Source of the DNA: Vulcanisaeta distributa DSM 14429
GTDB lineage: Archaea > Thermoproteota > Thermoprotei > Thermoproteales > Thermocladiaceae
Length of the DNA stretch: 32,000 nt
NCBI RefSeq assembly: GCF_000148385.1
Contig: NC_014537.1
Location: forward strand, 1,440,001 to 1,472,000
Direction of reading: 5' to 3'
Positions 27,266 through 32,000 of the stretch are shown here, one piece after another (the stretch's first letter is position 1; each line of letters starts with the position of its first letter). A model generated the notes under the pieces. That model was not told where the DNA came from and did not search any database. It was given only the letters and a program-made list of their open reading frames with translations. A program made the position numbers and the translations under genes.

Positions 27266-28514
27266 AATCCAGGGTTTCCTGAGCAACCTTCTCCCACGAA
27301 TCATGCTCCTTCAAGAACCTTCTCGTTCTCTCATCCTCATGTTCCTTAACATACTCATCAATACTCATGTTAATTATTCTTTTCGTTTCATGAGCTAAAC
27401 TACTTATATCGTACTCACGAACCATGTGTACAGGCTTTAATCCACCATACACGAGCCTTATTGCCGGTATATCATAAGCAACGGCAGACGTACCTAACGC
27501 GATCGTCTCAAGAATAACTAATGGAAACGAATCGACGTGGGAAGGATATATTAAAGCCTTTGCGCGTGCTACATAATCGTACAATTCATTAATGGGTCTA
27601 TAACCCATGTACTTCAAGTTATTAGGTAAATTACGTAAAAATCTATCCCTTATTCTATTAGATATCGGGCCAAAGACTAGAATATTAATATCATGCAAAT
27701 ACTTAGCCACCTTTATTATGTCCCATGCACCCTTAGCAGGGGTTAATCTCCCAAAGAAAACGGCGTAATCCCTCTTATCATAGATGTTACGGTATCTATA
27801 GATTAAGTCCTTATCGAAGGCATTGCCGTAACGATAAATTCTTAACTTAACTCCATACTTATTCGATAATTTTTCAATATTCGAATAGTAAATAGGTACT
27901 TGCGAAACAGATGCTATGCCACGAAGCATGCCGCCCTTCATAGCCATACTGTAAATGGCTTTAGTAAGTCTATGTTCTAAAAATACGTATGAATCCTCAA
28001 GCAACCCATAAATACCATCAACATGCCTATACCCTCTTCCAAACCATTTAAAGGTCCTAAAGGGTTCATTTTGAAGAACCTTTATTATCGGGACATTTAA
28101 CTTCTTAGCAAGGTATAAGGCATATACAAGTGAGATACCACTTTCATGAACATCTAATATTACATCAAACTTAATGTTATTATGCATTAAATCATTAGTT
28201 AACTCATTGATTATAAATTTACAGTAAACTTCATTATTAATTAAAAATTTATATAATGCCATGAGCATCTTTGATATATTATTACTATAATTAAGGCATA
28301 GCTCTTGAAAACGATAATTAATGTCATGAACCATTAATCCATATTTTCTAATTTCATCCAATGAATTAGACGTAAAATGAAATGGTTCTTCAAATACTAA
28401 AATATCATGTCCATAAATGTTTGTTAATATTTTTAATACCTCAACAGCATGCCTATGTGAACCACCAGGTAAGCCATCAATTATTGCAAGTATTTTCATA
28501 ACCGTTATCTTCAA
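27234..28514 (-). CDS. GT4-family (group 1) glycosyltransferase; likely true start at ATG 28499 (MKILAII)
   Basis: FFGRLTPAKGAWDIIKVAK...PSHVDSFPLVILETIALGTSAVAYDIPA. Confidence 0.8.
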   Translation of the reverse strand: MKITVMKILAIIDGLPGGSHRHAVEVLKILTNIYGHDILVFEEPFHFTSNSLDEIRKYGLMVHDINYRFQELCLNYSNNISKMLMALYKFLINNEVYCKFIINELTNDLMHNNIKFDVILDVHESGISLVYALYLAKKLNVPIIKVLQNEPFRTFKWFGRGYRHVDGIYGLLEDSYVFLEHRLTKAIYSMAMKGGMLRGIASVSQVPIYYSNIEKLSNKYGVKLRIYRYGNAFDKDLIYRYRNIYDKRDYAVFFGRLTPAKGAWDIIKVAKYLHDINILVFGPISNRIRDRFLRNLPNNLKYMGYRPINELYDYVARAKALIYPSHVDSFPLVILETIALGTSAVAYDIPAIRLVYGGLKPVHMVREYDISSLAHETKRIINMSIDEYVKEHEDERTRRFLKEHDSWEKVAQETLDFIYEVLGERH

Positions 28515-28708
28515 ACTATTTCATATTCATATGGGTATTTAATTCTTTCGTATTGTTTATGCAGTGTTATAATTTTTAATTTATATTTTTGTTGGTATTA
28601 TGTCTAGTTTCTGGCTATTTCACAGATCATATTTATGACTTTCTTTGAAGCATTCATTAGTTTATATTTTCACTTTAGGTAATTCTTTTAAGTTATGCTT
28701 TTTGGTCA

Positions 28709-30517
28709 TTGGTAATGATTGTTGTTGGTTTTAATTGGCCTGTGGAGCATGATCATTCTGTTGCGGTTATTGTTGATGGTGAGCTTGTCTTTGCCAGTGA
28801 GGAGGAGAGGTGGACAAGGCATAAGCACTCACCCGGAGAGCCACCAATAAACGCATTGAAGCAAGCCTTCAAATACCTAGAGAATAAATACGGAATCAAG
28901 CCAAAGGATGTTGATGCATACGCAGTGAACTTTGACCCCAAATTAATGCCACATAAATTAGGCTGGTTCCTTAATGATACTCTGGATTTGCTTGGTATTA
29001 GGAGGTTTAGGGCTTATTGGTATGAGGGTAAGTCTATTATTAGTTCTGGTCTTGAATTACTTAGTTACATTATTCGTGGTGATTATTTGTCGTTTGTTGA
29101 GCATATGATTAGGTTTGTTGTTCATGATCTTGGTGAGGAGGTTCTGGGTGAGGTTAGGGTTGTTCCTGTTCCTCATCATCTTGCCCATGCTGCCTCTGCC
29201 TACTACTTCAGTGGTTTCACTAATGCCACTGTATTGACTGTTGATGGTTATGGCGAATATGAGTCTACGGTTGTTTGGAGGGTGAAGAACGGTGAGTTTG
29301 AGAAGGTGACGTCATTACCAACTTATTATGGTTCTATTGGACTTCTCTATGAGGAGGTTTCCTGGACTATTGGTTATGATCATCTTGAGGGCCCTGGTAA
29401 GGTCATGGGGTTGGCGCCCTACGGTCAGAGGTCGAAGTATTACGAGAAGTTGAGGTCTTACTTTAGGTTTGATGATGGTGATTACCCGTACTACATAACT
29501 GTTGATGGTTCTAGGCCTAGGGTTGTTAAGGGTGGTGATGCTGTTTATAGGAGGCCTTACCGCCTTATTGCTGATTCCCTCTTTCCTGGTCGTGTTCCCT
29601 GGGATCCCCGTGGTGATCTTAATCGTGATGCTGTTGACTTGGCTTGGGCTGTTCAGGCAATTACCGAGGAGGCCATGCTTAGGCTTGCTGAGTGGGCTAG
29701 GGGGCACACTAATGAGCAGAATCTTGCCCTCGCCGGTGGTGTGGCTCTTAATGCCAAGGCTAACATGGTTATTCACTACTCCAAATTATTCAGTGACATG
29801 TTCATATTCCCAGCAGCCAATGATGCTGGGACAACGGTTGGCGCCGCTGCCTATGTTTACGAGCATGTCCTTGGTGGTAGGATGAGGAGGGGGAGGCTTA
29901 GGACTGTTTATTTGGGTCCGGAGTATGGTGATGATGAGGTTAGGAAGGTCGTTGAGCGTAGCCGATTCAATGCAGAATACATTGGTGATGATGTTAATGA
30001 GGTTGCCGACTTAGTCGCCAAGGGCTATGTGGTTGCTTGGTACCAGGGTAGGGCTGAGCTTGGGCCAAGGGCACTCGGCAATAGATCCATTGTGGCTGAC
30101 CCTAGGAGAGCCGACATGTGGAGGGTGGTAAATAACATTAAGGGCCGTGAGTGGTGGAGACCACTCGCCCCATCACTACTCGTTGAAGATGCCAGTAAGT
30201 ACTTCATTGATCCGGTGCCGCATCAATTCATGATACTGATGTTCAGGTTTAGGGAGGGAATGAAGGAAGTCGTGCCAGCCGTATACCACGTTGATGGGAC
30301 TGCAAGGCCGCAGACGGTTGCCAAGGACGAGAACCCAACTTGGTACGAACTCATAAAGGCGTTTAAGGACATAACAGGCGAGGGAATAATACTGAACACA
30401 AGCTTCAACCTAGCAGGAGAACCACTGGTGGAGACCCCACAGGACGCCTTGAAATCCTTCGCCCTCGGAGGACTAGACGCAATATACATACAGGGCTGGC
30501 TAATAAGGAAGAGGTGA
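28709..30517 (+). CDS. NodU/CmcH-family carbamoyltransferase; likely true start at ATG 28715
   Basis: HDHSVAVIVDGELVFASEEERWTRHKH, PHHLAHAASAYYFSGF, and GRAELGPRALGNRSIVADP...NTSFNLAGEPLV are hallmark blocks of the Carbam_trans_N and Carbam_trans_C domains. Confidence 0.9.
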   Translation: MVMIVVGFNWPVEHDHSVAVIVDGELVFASEEERWTRHKHSPGEPPINALKQAFKYLENKYGIKPKDVDAYAVNFDPKLMPHKLGWFLNDTLDLLGIRRFRAYWYEGKSIISSGLELLSYIIRGDYLSFVEHMIRFVVHDLGEEVLGEVRVVPVPHHLAHAASAYYFSGFTNATVLTVDGYGEYESTVVWRVKNGEFEKVTSLPTYYGSIGLLYEEVSWTIGYDHLEGPGKVMGLAPYGQRSKYYEKLRSYFRFDDGDYPYYITVDGSRPRVVKGGDAVYRRPYRLIADSLFPGRVPWDPRGDLNRDAVDLAWAVQAITEEAMLRLAEWARGHTNEQNLALAGGVALNAKANMVIHYSKLFSDMFIFPAANDAGTTVGAAAYVYEHVLGGRMRRGRLRTVYLGPEYGDDEVRKVVERSRFNAEYIGDDVNEVADLVAKGYVVAWYQGRAELGPRALGNRSIVADPRRADMWRVVNNIKGREWWRPLAPSLLVEDASKYFIDPVPHQFMILMFRFREGMKEVVPAVYHVDGTARPQTVAKDENPTWYELIKAFKDITGEGIILNTSFNLAGEPLVETPQDALKSFALGGLDAIYIQGWLIRKR

Positions 30518-30519
30518 GG

Positions 30520-31530
30520 TTAATCCCCTTCTTTTAGCGTTCTTCTCACGGCTTCTCTGTGTAGTGGTGTTTGCCAGGCTAGGTCTTTTCCTATCCCTAG
30601 TTCTGGGTCTTTTTGTGGTGGCGGTTCCCCTGTCCAGTACCATGGGTCTCTCCACTCCGGTATTTCCATGATTAGGTTTTGCTCGATTAGTTTATTCATG
30701 AGTGGTATGCCGTCCCTGGTCATGAGTGTGTCTGGGTCTTCAATTGCCTTAATTAGTAATTGCCTCTCTCCATTGCTTAGTGATGCTGTGAATGTCTTGA
30801 GGTTTTTGCTCATTATTAGGTCGCTGATTACCTTCTCGGTATCCCAACCAGCCCTGTATAGTTCCACCAGCATCTTTGGGTTTCCACCTGTGATTCTCCA
30901 AATAACGTCGAAGTTAGGCTTATCGCCGGGTAATTGATTGTATAACTGCTTGAATCCCTCCCTCGGCATGTTCCACATGGGCCTCATGTCTGCCCATCTG
31001 TGGCGCTCAATCTCGCGTCTCGAAACTCCCTCACTCGTGGCTACCACCGCAATGACTATGTCGTATGTCCTTGGCGGGTATTCAATCAAACCCAGCAGGC
31101 CCTTCACGTAAATCGCCGCCTTGTCTAGACCTATTGCCTGGAACACGTCGTCGGCCAGTACCGCCACCTTCTTTGCGCCTGCCTTCATGATTTCCTTAGC
31201 AATGTCCACCACGGCCCATGCAACCCTCACCCAGGTATCGGCCGTGGCTTCCCTGAGTATTTCCATTAGCCTTGCCTTGACATCTGTTATTCCGGTTTCC
31301 GCCATTACCTCCTTCTCGACTGGATTTACATAAACCACATCGAAGCTCAACTCCTTAAGTAACTCAACGGATTGTTTTAGCCATGTCGTTTTCCCACAAC
31401 CCTCAGGTCCATAAACTACCTGAACCGGGTATGTACCCTTATCGGCCTATTCCTTAACACGTCTCATTATTAGGTCTCTGTCCACTAACTCGACCGCTAG
31501 ATTTGCGAAGTTTAGCTTGATCCTTCTCAC
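30520..31530 (-). pseudogene. P-loop ATPase paralog B, disrupted by an in-frame TAG at 31447-31449
   Basis: The ORF track gives only 30520-31350 (TTG-initiated, no P-loop). My translation further upstream in the same frame gives VRRIKLNFANLAVELVDRDLIMRRVKE*ADKGTYPVQVVYGPEGCGKTTWLKQSVELLKEL. This is collinear with paralog A (VGRVRLGFANLTIEFVDRDLALKLIDEWAEKSTFPVQVIYGPEGCGKTAWLLQ). The stop sits where paralog A has Trp. Confidence 0.8.
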
Positions 31531-32000
31531 TGTGTTTGATAGGTTGTTCTTTGTTTATTTTTCTTTCCTGTCTTAGGTTTTGGTGTCGTCATGTTCCTTA
31601 GTGTAGTTATTGATGCGTGGTTTCATGTATTTGCCATTCTATTACCGCTCCGTATATTGTGCATGTGTTCAGTTCTTGGCTCTCCTGTGTCTCCTTGTCC
31701 GTGTTCACGTCAACGGCCAGGCTTCTCAGTCGTTCATTAAGCACCATCTATAGTCACAAACTCACATAAACCTCAAATATAGAATATTATTTTAAAATGG
31801 ATTTCGTTTGGTTCATGTCCATGATTTTTCGTTATGTGGTACGTGCTGTGTCTGAAGCAGATGGTAGGTATGGTTAAATCCTTAATAGGTGTCAGATTAC
31901 TGGGTTCGATGATGACAAAGCTTTATTGGTATTTAATAACTTGGTGAATGGGATCAGTGGTATAGTGGAGCTTTATCATCCTGTTGCGCCCTGATACTTA

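Noticed and set aside
25020-28700. Skew sign change (+ strand A/C-rich on the left, G/T-rich on the right) around an AT-rich core, considered as a replication origin of the chromosome or an integrated replicon
   Set aside because: The polarity matches an origin-like pattern. However, the AT-rich core is fully occupied by three enzyme genes. I see no ORB-like inverted repeats and no orc1/cdc6 or rep gene. The skew also does not extend into 1-21 kb. This is recorded as a hypothesis only, within the composition findings.
31909-31994. C/D-box sRNA-like elements (gATGATGAc ... cCTGAt)
   Set aside because: The spacing of about 80 nt is long. There are no recognisable internal D'/C' boxes at guide-length spacing and no terminal stem. 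The window also ends at 32000.
31950-32000. tRNA-like D-loop string tcagtggtatagtgga
   Set aside because: No complementary D-stem or acceptor stem could be folded. The GC content is far too low for a hyperthermophile tRNA, and the sequence is truncated by the window edge.
1-32000. Search for CRISPR arrays, IS elements with terminal inverted repeats, integrase or att sites, and rRNA/tRNA genes
   Set aside because: I saw no regularly spaced direct repeats other than the coding heptad repeat, no transposase- or integrase-like ORFs, and no structured RNA genes. Short att-like direct repeats at the island edges cannot be excluded by eye.

Overview
The window looks like a chromosomal segment of a hyperthermophilic crenarchaeon, probably Thermoproteales (Vulcanisaeta/Caldivirga-like). 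Supporting signs are a PaREP1-family gene, TATA boxes about 25-30 nt upstream of start codons (leaderless style), frequent GTG/TTG starts, and convergent genes whose stop codons abut or overlap. I found no rRNA, tRNA, CRISPR array, transposase or integrase.

Positions 1-18.3 kb are mainly housekeeping genes:
- DNA ligase (partial), serine hydroxymethyltransferase with an MptE-like pterin diphosphokinase, and an isolated L24-S4e ribosomal protein pair.
- An EamA permease, a small SAM-dependent methyltransferase, an M1 aminopeptidase fused to HEAT repeats, and a TusA-like protein.
- An acs-satP acetate-utilisation pair, a 5'-truncated orphan OppF/DppF ATPase remnant, and ThyX.
- The first part of a glycan locus: a Wzx-like flippase, a sugar-1-P nucleotidyltransferase and an epimerase.

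Positions 18.3-31.8 kb are accessory and the most interesting part:
1. A membrane-anchored protein with 19 uninterrupted IExRIxx heptads.
2. A recurring PaREP1 -> P-loop ATPase module: one intact PaREP1, two clear decayed PaREP1 pieces plus one tentative relic, and two ATPase paralogs, one killed by a single TGG->TAG change.
3. A glycan-assembly island (two GT4, one GT2, a split FkbM methyltransferase, a NodU/CmcH-type carbamoyltransferase, and an 879-aa DUF2079-like membrane protein with a sequon-rich ectodomain). The island is bracketed by the two ATPase paralogs in inverted orientation.
4. A mosaic base composition: a 3.2-kb block whose + strand is starved of T and G, a roughly 23-30% GC core, and a block of opposite polarity. 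The switches fall inside ORFs.
5. A G11 homopolymer between the TATA box and the start codon of the intact PaREP1 gene.

All functional calls come from motif recognition by eye. No database searches were run.
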